Positions 1 through 7,660 of a DNA stretch of 11,327 nt are shown piece by piece. Location of the stretch: contig CALKOM010000039.1 in assembly GCA_938091905.1 (NCBI GenBank), forward strand, positions 1 to 11,327. Direction: 5' to 3'. The position numbers were made by a program, and so were the translations under genes. Under the pieces are notes generated by a model. That model was not told the origin of the DNA, made no database searches, and saw only the letters and a list, made by a program, of their open reading frames with translations. The stretch's first letter is position 1. Each line of letters starts with the position of its first letter. Source of the stretch: an uncultured Verrucomicrobiales bacterium (GTDB lineage Bacteria > Verrucomicrobiota > Verrucomicrobiia > Verrucomicrobiales > DEV007).

Positions 1-693
1 GACGAGCGCTGCATTGCCTATCTACCGGGCAAACTGAAAGGCCTTCAAGGCTTAGATTGGACCGACGCGCTTAAAAAAGATTCGCTTGTTCCAGTTCTCA
101 ACGACGCCCACGCAGCCTTGCTCGGAGAAGCCTGGATCGGAACTGCTCGAGATAAACAGAACGTGGTCCTTCTAACACTCGGAACAGGAGTAGGCGGAGC
201 GATCACTTCAGGTGGGAAACTTCTAAAGGGCACCATTGGAAGAGCCGGACACTTAGGTCATATGTGCATGGATATCGATGGACCTCCGAGCATTTGCGAC
301 ATGCCCGGCGCCGTTGAAGGCATGATTGGAAATTGCACTGTCCAGGAACGATCCAATGGTAAATATGTATCAACCCAAGATCTTGTCGATGCCTACAAGG
401 CTAACGATCCTGAAGCCACCACAATCTGGCTCCGCTCCATTCGCTCCCTCGGATGCGCTATTGCCTCGTATATAAACATTATCGATCCAGAGATTGTAGT
501 GCTGACCGGAGGAATTTCGATTGTGGGTAACACGCTCATGGATCCCCTAATGACAGTTCTCGATGAAGTGGAATGGCGTCCTGGAGGACACAAAGTTCCG
601 GTGGTCTTTGGATCGTTGGGAAAATGGGCTGGAGCCATAGGAGCCGCGAGACTCGCAATGAATCACAAGGCTTCGATCCAGGCTCCACACTAG
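1..693 (+). CDS. ROK-family sugar kinase, 5'-truncated by the window edge
   Basis: Frame 1 is open from base 1 (DERCIAYLPGKL...), upstream of the track's start at 118, to TAG at 691-693. ROK motifs: VLNDAHAALLGEAWIG, LLTLGTGVGGAI, GRAGHLGH, IIDPEIVVLTGGIS, AGAIGAA. Confidence 0.9.
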   Translation, partial: DERCIAYLPGKLKGLQGLDWTDALKKDSLVPVLNDAHAALLGEAWIGTARDKQNVVLLTLGTGVGGAITSGGKLLKGTIGRAGHLGHMCMDIDGPPSICDMPGAVEGMIGNCTVQERSNGKYVSTQDLVDAYKANDPEATTIWLRSIRSLGCAIASYINIIDPEIVVLTGGISIVGNTLMDPLMTVLDEVEWRPGGHKVPVVFGSLGKWAGAIGAARLAMNHKASIQAPH

Positions 694-718
694 GAACCCA
701 ATTCGAAATTAGAAATTC

Positions 719-1495
719 ATGAGAACAAGCAAGGTAAAAGAAACTTGGAATCACAATCAAACGGCCCTGGGCACACTGATTAAATCCATCGACCCGGTTC
801 ACACTGAAATGGTATCTCAAATGGGATTCGATTTTCTCTGGTACGACTTGGAACATTCAGACAAAAGCCTGGAAACTTTTTCTAACCTGTGCCGAGCGTC
901 CAGAATAGGAAACGTCGATATCCTGGCACGTCCGGCCCGTTGGGAATTCATGCGGATGGGCCGACTACTTGAAGCGGGAGCTCAAGGTATCATGTACCCT
1001 CGCTGCGAATCCGCCGAAGAGGCAAGAGAGGTTATAAGATGGGCTAAATTTCATCCGCTCGGCGAACGTGGATTCGATGGCGGCAGTGCAGACAACAACT
1101 TCGGATCGTACCCGGCAGACGATTACACTAAAAATGCAAACGAGGAAAGCTGGATCCTAATCCAAATCGAATCACCAGCAGCCTTGCCACACGTCCGGGA
1201 AATAGCAGAAATTGAAGGTGTCGATGGCATCTTTTTTGGACCTGGAGATTTTTCACTTCTCTCGGGAAAACCGGGGCAGATAAAACATAAAGACGTATTG
1301 TCCGCCGCCAAACAGATTGCCGATGATACGCTGGCAGCTGGGAAAATATTTGGAACTTTGGTTTTTGATGCAGAACACTCCAAGTTCATGCAAGATGCAG
1401 GCGCTAAATTAATCATTCACGGCGCGGATATCATTTACTACAAACATGCTTACACGAAACTCTTGGAGGAATACCAAAGACCATTGATTGAGTAG
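719..1495 (+). CDS. HpcH/HpaI-family class II pyruvate aldolase (2-keto-3-deoxy sugar acid aldolase-like)
   Basis: 258 aa. Motifs GFDFLWYDLEH, LARP (catalytic Arg position), LLEAGAQGIMYP, FHPLGERG, QIES and GVDGIFFGPGDFS (metal-binding E/D). Starts 25 nt after the ROK stop, so probably co-transcribed. Confidence 0.92.
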   Translation: MRTSKVKETWNHNQTALGTLIKSIDPVHTEMVSQMGFDFLWYDLEHSDKSLETFSNLCRASRIGNVDILARPARWEFMRMGRLLEAGAQGIMYPRCESAEEAREVIRWAKFHPLGERGFDGGSADNNFGSYPADDYTKNANEESWILIQIESPAALPHVREIAEIEGVDGIFFGPGDFSLLSGKPGQIKHKDVLSAAKQIADDTLAAGKIFGTLVFDAEHSKFMQDAGAKLIIHGADIIYYKHAYTKLLEEYQRPLIE

Positions 1496-1500
1496 GGGAA

Positions 1501-1515
1501 GGCAAACTATTTGCC
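1501..1515. terminator. Weak hairpin between convergent genes
   Basis: GGCAAA-CTA-TTTGCC, a 6-bp inverted repeat 5 nt after the aldolase stop. No clear U-tract follows. Confidence 0.25.
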
Positions 1516-1576
1516 AGCCACTCTAAATCGCTTTCTCCAAATCGCTCACCCTCCCGTCGTTTCTTCCTCTCGCCGT

Positions 1577-3853
1577 TCAACTCTCCTCACTCACAATCTT
1601 CACGCTGTTCCAGAATCCGTACTCATCCGCCCAGTCGTTGGCGCGATTCTCCAACGTAAGGTTAATCGTACTTCCAGCGAAGCGGGTGAGATCGATATCG
1701 AGGTTCAGCCATTCTCCGTTCACCGTCTCCGAGCCCACGATCTGGTCGGCAAGGACTTCGTCATCGGCGAGAACTCGCAGTTGCCAATCGGCATGGGGGT
1801 GATAGCTGACGCGGATTTTTAGCGTCGTTGTCATGCTCTCCGGGACATCGAGACGGCGCTTGAGGAGGCAGGGTTGTTTTTGGTTCTTCGGATGCGTTTG
1901 CACAGCTTTCTCATTGCGGAACTCCGTCAGCTGTCTCACTCCCCCGTCTCCAACATGGCTCGGCTTGAATCCCGGCGCCATATTATCGATGATCGCCCGC
2001 CACTTGCGCAATTGTGCCCTGGTCGGAGCGTCTTCGTCGGGAAGTGCACCGCTGACCATGCGACGCGCGACGCAATCCTGGAGAAACGGGATCTTCCCGT
2101 TGATCGCGGTGGCGAGCGCATGCTCCGGATGCGCGGTGACCATGGGTTCGAGACCGTACCAGAGAACACGAGGGATATTGTGATCGTCGATGTCCTCCGC
2201 GTGCTGAGAAAGCGCTGTCAAAAGAGGCCAGCGCTGTTCGAAGGGAAGGCGCTGTAGTGCGGATGCTAGGTAGAGGCGCACCGTCGGCGATGCGTCGACG
2301 GTCGCCATCTCGAGGAACTTCGCCAAGGCCGCGTTCCCTGGGTCATGATCTTCGCAGAGGAGTTGCACCGCCCAGGCGCGAACGTTGGCGTCATCGTGAG
2401 ACAGCAGGGCAACCAATCTACTCTGCTGGGTGTCGTAAAACCGACCGGTGACGTGCATCGACCAAAGGGCGCGGAGTCGTTTTCCTGAAGTCTCAGCGCG
2501 CTCAAACATGTTCTGGAGAGCTGGATAGACCTCGTCGCTGTTCAACTTGCCCGAAGCAGCTCGGGAGTGAAGCTCGACCCGGGCTTGGCGCACGTACCAA
2601 TCGTTTGCGTGGTCTTGCAGTTTCACCAAATCGAGATCGGAGAGACTGCGAATATTCGGACGCTCAATCTTCTCGGCTCCCTTGGGCATGATCCGGTAGA
2701 TGCGCCCGCTGTTCGGAAAGTTGATTGCGTTGCCACAAATATCGGTGTCGTGCCAATCGAGGATGTAGACGCCACCATCGGGACCAATCTCAATGCTGAA
2801 GCCAACCCAAGCCAAGTCATTGGTCGGCATGAAATCGCTGCCGTGTTTTCCGATATAGCTAGACCCTTTCGGCACCATGTAGTCGGTGAGCACGGTGTGC
2901 TCGTGAATGTTGCACATGAAGAGCTGGTTTTGGTAGTCCTTCGGAAAGGTGTCGGCCAGGTAGAATCGAGCGCCGCCATGAGCGGATAAGTGTGTGTGAT
3001 CGCGAATCGTCTTGATGTCGTCGTAGACGTAGGGATTCACATGCGGCTTCGATTGCTTATCATAGACACCGCCCTGCACGATGTGAAAGAGGTGCGGAAT
3101 GACGCAGCACGTGGCAAAGCCATGGCCAACGTCGTTGAAATCGAAGCCCCATGGATTTGAGAGACCGCGAGCGAAAACTTCGAAGGTCTCGGTGACCGGA
3201 TGGAACCGCCAAATGCCGCCGTCGATGAACTTCCGTTCTTTGTCAGACGCCCCAGGCTTTCCAACATTTGATCGCGTGAAGACGCCGTGGCATCCGTAGA
3301 GCCAGCCGTCGGGCCCCCAGATGAAGCTGTTCAAGGTTTCGTGCCGGTCGTGAAATCCCCAGCCATCGAGTAGCACTCTGGGCTCTCCGTCGGGAACATC
3401 ATCGCCATCCGCATCGGGAATGAAGAGCAATTCAGGCGGGGATCCCAGATAGATACCGCCAAAGCCGACTGCGATTCCGGAGCTAAAAGTGATCTTGTCC
3501 GAGAACAATTTCTTCGTGTCAAAGACGCCATCGCTATCAGTATCCTCAAATATCTGGATGCGGCTGAGTTCCTTTTTCTCTATGTGGGTACCGCGGTTGA
3601 CGTAGTTGTAATTCTCAACGACCCAGATGCGTCCGCGTTCGTCGAACGTGAAGGCGATCGGTTCTCCAATGTCCGGCTCAGAGGCGAAGATCGAGACTTC
3701 GAAGCCATCGGGGATTTCCATCTTGGCGACCGCTTCGTCAGGCTTCAGGAAAGGCGCGTCGCTGGTGTTGTGTTCTTCCTTGTGCTTCTCACCCAGGACG
3801 GTGAGAGGTACGGAGAAGCAGCAGAATGTTAGAAGAGCGGTTCTGAATTTCAT
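1577..3853 (-). CDS. Exported PVC-type 'membrane-bound dehydrogenase domain' protein: beta-propeller + HEAT repeats + C-terminal beta-sandwich, with no CxxCH
   Basis: Signal-like N-terminus MKFRTALLTFCCFSVPLTVLG. PVC N-terminal signature PDEAVAKMEIPDGFEVSIFASEP...PIAFTFDERGRIWVVE (TIGR02604-like). DTDSDGVFD and DADGDDVPD loops, WGPDGWLYG, NPWGFDFN and GPDGGVYILDW blades. HEAT-like LRALWSMH, NVRAWAVQLL, PTVRLYLASALQRL. Its ATG overlaps the upstream TGA (ATGA, 3850-3853). Confidence 0.88.
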   Translation of the reverse strand: MKFRTALLTFCCFSVPLTVLGEKHKEEHNTSDAPFLKPDEAVAKMEIPDGFEVSIFASEPDIGEPIAFTFDERGRIWVVENYNYVNRGTHIEKKELSRIQIFEDTDSDGVFDTKKLFSDKITFSSGIAVGFGGIYLGSPPELLFIPDADGDDVPDGEPRVLLDGWGFHDRHETLNSFIWGPDGWLYGCHGVFTRSNVGKPGASDKERKFIDGGIWRFHPVTETFEVFARGLSNPWGFDFNDVGHGFATCCVIPHLFHIVQGGVYDKQSKPHVNPYVYDDIKTIRDHTHLSAHGGARFYLADTFPKDYQNQLFMCNIHEHTVLTDYMVPKGSSYIGKHGSDFMPTNDLAWVGFSIEIGPDGGVYILDWHDTDICGNAINFPNSGRIYRIMPKGAEKIERPNIRSLSDLDLVKLQDHANDWYVRQARVELHSRAASGKLNSDEVYPALQNMFERAETSGKRLRALWSMHVTGRFYDTQQSRLVALLSHDDANVRAWAVQLLCEDHDPGNAALAKFLEMATVDASPTVRLYLASALQRLPFEQRWPLLTALSQHAEDIDDHNIPRVLWYGLEPMVTAHPEHALATAINGKIPFLQDCVARRMVSGALPDEDAPTRAQLRKWRAIIDNMAPGFKPSHVGDGGVRQLTEFRNEKAVQTHPKNQKQPCLLKRRLDVPESMTTTLKIRVSYHPHADWQLRVLADDEVLADQIVGSETVNGEWLNLDIDLTRFAGSTINLTLENRANDWADEYGFWNSVKIVSEES

Positions 3854-5955
3854 TTCGGCAGATCGACTTGTTCTTTGGTTTGCAAGTATTTGAAGAGGTT
3901 CAAGACCTGTTGCTTCTCCAGGGTTTGCAGGAGGCCTTCCGGCATCATGGAAACGGGTGCGGTTTCGCGAGATTGAATGTCGCTTTTAGCGACCACGGTC
4001 TGTTGTCCGATCATGTTGAGCACGACTTTCTGATCGTCTTCTCCGGTAACCGTTCCCGCGAGAAGCTGACCGCTTTTGGTCGTGATCATGACCATCTGGT
4101 AGGCATCGGGAATATCGCCACTGGGATCGATCGTATTGAGCAACAGGTAATTGAGATCAGCGCGGTTGGAGCCCGTGATGTCGGGCCCGATGATCCCCCC
4201 TTCGCCATACATTTTGTGGCAAGCCATGCACACTTGCTGGAAGACGAGGCGCCCTTTGGAGGCGTCGGCGTCTGCTAGTGTGGCCGGCGTCGCCAGCTCC
4301 CGGTATTGAGCGATGATGGCCTCTTTATCTTTGGAGAGTTTCTTCATCCCGTACTTTTCGGTGAACGTTTCTCCCAAGAGATGGCTCAGTGATCTCGCCA
4401 CGTAGGCGGGCAAGTCAGCAGCAGACACGGTCTTCGATTCGAGGGCGTCGAACAGCGCTGTGGCATAACTTTCTCGCGTGGCGAGCGTTTCGAGAATCGC
4501 CCGCCGCGCGTCAGGCCCGAACTCGGGATAGCGCTCCAGAAGAATGTCGGGAGCTGCCTTCGATTCGAAGACGCTGTAGCCCCGAATTGCCTCGATGCGG
4601 AGTTCCTTTTCATCGAGAAGTTCACCGAGGATGGGGAGCAGTTCCTCGTGTTGTTGAACTAGAAGTGACGCTAAGGAGCGACGGCGGTCATCTAGTTCGG
4701 AGTCTTTGTCAGCGAGCGTGTCGAGAGCGTTTTGAGCCGCTTCTTCATCGCCGAAGACCTGGCTGAGTTGCTCCGTGAGGCTTTTCACTTCGTCGTTATT
4801 GCTTTGTGAGAGGGTGGCACTGACTGCCTCCCACTCAGCGGGGGGATTTACCTCACGCTGTCCTTCTAGACCCTTGAGGATGCCATTGAGCAATGCTGAG
4901 CGCGTGCTTGGGTTCTCAGTGTTCGCAAGCGCCGTCACCAACAAGGCAAGCGAAGCACTGGTGTCCATCTTCTGAACTTGCTGTTCTCTGACCTCATCCA
5001 GTTCCAGAATGCGGGGCATCTCCTTTTCCTCCTTCTTCTGGTTTCCTTTGTCGTCGAGGTTCTTCCGCATCTCTTCATCGGACGGTGTCTTTGAGGGCAC
5101 TCCATCCTCGGGCACTTCGACCTGAGCCGTCCAAAGGATCGCGTTGAGGACGACCTTTCGAAAGTTGTCGTTCTGCCAACTGAGATGATTGTGCGCCCCG
5201 GTAAATCCGAAACCACGTCCGCCGCTTTCCGGGCGTTCGTAAGCCCAGGCCACGTGTTGGCTCTCACCATTGGCGACCGCTTTTCGCACGGTCGGGTTAC
5301 CGCTACGCGGGCCATCGGGACGCTTCAGGGTTTCCGTGCCAGGTACCGCTGAGAGAATCGGTATGACGCCTTCGAGTTCGGAAACGAATCGCATGTGGTA
5401 GTACCATTCGTCATTGAGGCTGAAAGGCGTGAGCCCGTTCGCCACCGGATGATCGGGGAAGGTTTTGAATTCAGGCGTCCAATGAGGATTGACCGACCAG
5501 TCAAGCGCGCAGTAACCACCCATCCACTGAAGAAACATCTTTGCCGGCTGTCCCAGCTTAGCCTCGGTCGCCCAGTGGATCATGACCACTCCGGTTCCCT
5601 TCTTCATCAGCGTATCGAACTCTGCGAGTTTCGGATTGAGAAGATGCTCTTGATGGCCCGTGCAAAACACCACGATCGTTGCGGCATCATCGAGCACGGA
5701 AGCATCCACCGGATAACCAACGTCAGGAAGCACTGCCGCGTCGACGCCAAGACCGGACTCGTTGAGCGCTTTTGCCAGGATCATATTGCCGGCTCGATGC
5801 TCATGCGCCATCGGGCCGTGGCTAGGCTTGCCCGATATGAAGACGATCTTGGCCTTTTCGGCCTGAGCGTTAGAACTCTGGGCGAAAAGAAGGAAGAGCG
5901 CCGCAAGGCTTCTGAAGATGGTACGGGTTCGTTGATTCATTGGTTGGTCATTCAT
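3850..5955 (-). CDS. Exported ThuA-like (class I GATase-fold) domain + HEAT-like helices + PVC-type monoheme cytochrome c
   Basis: Signal peptide ending ...LFLLFAQSSNA (alternative start at 5940). ThuA-like IVFISGKPSHGPMAHEH, MIHWA, DHPVANG...DEWYY, GRGFGFTGAH, FRKVVLNAILW. C-terminal GRLVFQQVCMACH (CxxCH at 4216-4230), GGIIGPDITG, IDPS..I...Y and SMMPEGLL (likely axial Met; TIGR02603-like). Confidence 0.9.
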   Translation of the reverse strand: MNDQPMNQRTRTIFRSLAALFLLFAQSSNAQAEKAKIVFISGKPSHGPMAHEHRAGNMILAKALNESGLGVDAAVLPDVGYPVDASVLDDAATIVVFCTGHQEHLLNPKLAEFDTLMKKGTGVVMIHWATEAKLGQPAKMFLQWMGGYCALDWSVNPHWTPEFKTFPDHPVANGLTPFSLNDEWYYHMRFVSELEGVIPILSAVPGTETLKRPDGPRSGNPTVRKAVANGESQHVAWAYERPESGGRGFGFTGAHNHLSWQNDNFRKVVLNAILWTAQVEVPEDGVPSKTPSDEEMRKNLDDKGNQKKEEKEMPRILELDEVREQQVQKMDTSASLALLVTALANTENPSTRSALLNGILKGLEGQREVNPPAEWEAVSATLSQSNNDEVKSLTEQLSQVFGDEEAAQNALDTLADKDSELDDRRRSLASLLVQQHEELLPILGELLDEKELRIEAIRGYSVFESKAAPDILLERYPEFGPDARRAILETLATRESYATALFDALESKTVSAADLPAYVARSLSHLLGETFTEKYGMKKLSKDKEAIIAQYRELATPATLADADASKGRLVFQQVCMACHKMYGEGGIIGPDITGSNRADLNYLLLNTIDPSGDIPDAYQMVMITTKSGQLLAGTVTGEDDQKVVLNMIGQQTVVAKSDIQSRETAPVSMMPEGLLQTLEKQQVLNLFKYLQTKEQVDLPK

Positions 5956-6098
5956 TCACTGGAGTTCCTGCTCCGAGGGGAGTGTTCATTCATTCGCGAA
6001 CATAGGCCTGCAATCTCGAGCCCTCGGAGATGATGACGTAAGCTCAATTCTGCGTGTGGGAAGCGCGCGCCGAAGTCGCTGGACTGGGACCCAATAGT

Positions 6099-7571
6099 CT
6101 ATGGTTCAACGAGGCTGAATGAGTAGATTGTTGCATGTTGGAACTCGAACTGAATCTGAATCTTCTTCTCCCCGAGCTCATCTAACGAAAACCCATCTTG
6201 CCATTTTACCTTTCCATCCGTCAAGCTCCCCTTCAACGGCTCACTCTGCGCCAGTAGTTCGTTGCGTTCATCGAATACGCTAACTTTTACGTGTCCCTTC
6301 TGCTCGACATCTGCCGAGACTCGCAACCCCTTCTTTCCAGGGACGATGGAGGTTGTCTTGATCGTCGCTGCACGGCTGGGTGTCGTTTGCGTGTACCCGC
6401 AAAAACCGTCCGGCCGCAAGGTCGCCAGGCAGAAATATCCGTTGCGCCAAACATTGTGGTTCCCATCGCTGCCCCCGTAATACAAACGAATCTCATCTTT
6501 CAGAAAGACCGGATTGGCGGCCGCATAGACGCAGCCCCAGTCATAGTCGCCTTCTTTCCCCTCGTTTGGAATGAGTGGTGTCCCGGGCAATACGCGATGC
6601 CACTTGATCGTATCAGGACTCCAGGTCAATTCCGTCCACACGCGATCCGATTTCTGATTGTGGATGGCAACCAAGCCAAGATAGATCCCGCCATGAAAAA
6701 ATACGGGCATCGAATACGTTTGTAAGTTCTCCTCCATGCCTTCCAGGACGATCTCACACTTGTCCCAGTTCAAGAAGTCTTCGCTAGTCGTTCTAGCAAC
6801 CTGACGGCCAAAGGGCTCGCCCCACTCACGCGTTATCCCGACGTACTTGCCCAACGTGGGTGCCCAAAAGGCGTTATTGTGAGTGTCACCAGCGCTGTCA
6901 GCCTCGGGACGTGTCATGGCGGGGCCCCATCGGATTCCGTCAGGGGAAAACGCCACTGACAATATCTCTGACTTCAAGATGGCTTTATAACGCCGTTGGG
7001 GATCCGGTTCACGCAGATCCTTAAAGATGCCCGTGCCATGCGGCCCGTCTCCAACCTCGGCGTCCGTTCCGTCTCCCCGCCACACGATGTTGTTGGCTTT
7101 GCTGCCCTCGAATTCGACGTGCCCGATTTCTGGTTTCACCCACGTGATGCCATCTTTCGAAGTCGCATAGCAGATGGCCATTTCCCGGGGCGGGGCTTCA
7201 TACTCACGCTCCTTTCGCTCCGCAACCGTCAGGCCCTTCGAAGAAAGGTCCTTGATGAAGGGGCTATACCAACATTTATAAATCCCCTCCTCCTCATCGA
7301 AGATCACATTCGCGTAGAGATTGTCGAAACGCACTTCCCACGGTTTGTCCTCCTCGAAGAGCGGATTCGAGGCACTCTTTTGAACCTTGCCGATAGTTAG
7401 CTTGGCATTGTCAGCTTTCTCGATGATGCGGGCGTCGAGCAGGAGATACCGACTACGCTCGAGACTTGATGGGTCGGCCTCTTCCGCCCAACCAGACGAC
7501 AGGCTCAGGACCGCTACAGACATCGTCGCCAACTTCATGATAATATTTCCGTTCAGTTTCATTAACAGCAT
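6099..7571 (-). CDS. Secreted beta-propeller glycoside-hydrolase-like protein (GH32/43-like superfamily, unassigned) with C-terminal beta-rich domain
   Basis: Signal-like MKLATMSVAVLSLSSGWA (start could be 7571, 7562 or 7538). NPLFEEDKPWE and YKCWY; four Asp-box-like motifs SKDGITW, SPDGIRW, SEDFLNW, SPDTIKW; EIRLYYGG and LATLRPDGF before the C-terminal domain. Confidence 0.72.
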   Translation of the reverse strand: MLLMKLNGNIIMKLATMSVAVLSLSSGWAEEADPSSLERSRYLLLDARIIEKADNAKLTIGKVQKSASNPLFEEDKPWEVRFDNLYANVIFDEEEGIYKCWYSPFIKDLSSKGLTVAERKEREYEAPPREMAICYATSKDGITWVKPEIGHVEFEGSKANNIVWRGDGTDAEVGDGPHGTGIFKDLREPDPQRRYKAILKSEILSVAFSPDGIRWGPAMTRPEADSAGDTHNNAFWAPTLGKYVGITREWGEPFGRQVARTTSEDFLNWDKCEIVLEGMEENLQTYSMPVFFHGGIYLGLVAIHNQKSDRVWTELTWSPDTIKWHRVLPGTPLIPNEGKEGDYDWGCVYAAANPVFLKDEIRLYYGGSDGNHNVWRNGYFCLATLRPDGFCGYTQTTPSRAATIKTTSIVPGKKGLRVSADVEQKGHVKVSVFDERNELLAQSEPLKGSLTDGKVKWQDGFSLDELGEKKIQIQFEFQHATIYSFSLVEP

Positions 7572-7629
7572 GTTGGTTTCATGTCCTTACTAATGACGAA
7601 GACGAAGCAGGCTTTCAATCTTCGACCCT

Positions 7630-7648
7630 TGGTAAGATGATTTTACCA
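7630..7648 (-). promoter_or_regulatory. Candidate operator TGGTAA-N7-TTACCA overlapping an extended -10 element
   Basis: Perfect 6-bp inverted repeat. The minus strand reads TG-G-TAAAAT at 7648-7640, about 70 nt upstream of the GH-like gene. Confidence 0.45.
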
Positions 7649-7660
7649 GATCCCGCCCTA

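Noticed and set aside
1511..4975. Many 60-140-aa ORFs overlapping the two large minus-strand genes
   Set aside because: Alternative-frame or antisense ORFs expected in GC-rich coding DNA; no recognisable domains.
5395..6033. 212-aa plus-strand ORF
   Set aside because: Antisense shadow of the well-supported ThuA/cytochrome gene; Arg/His-rich, no motif.
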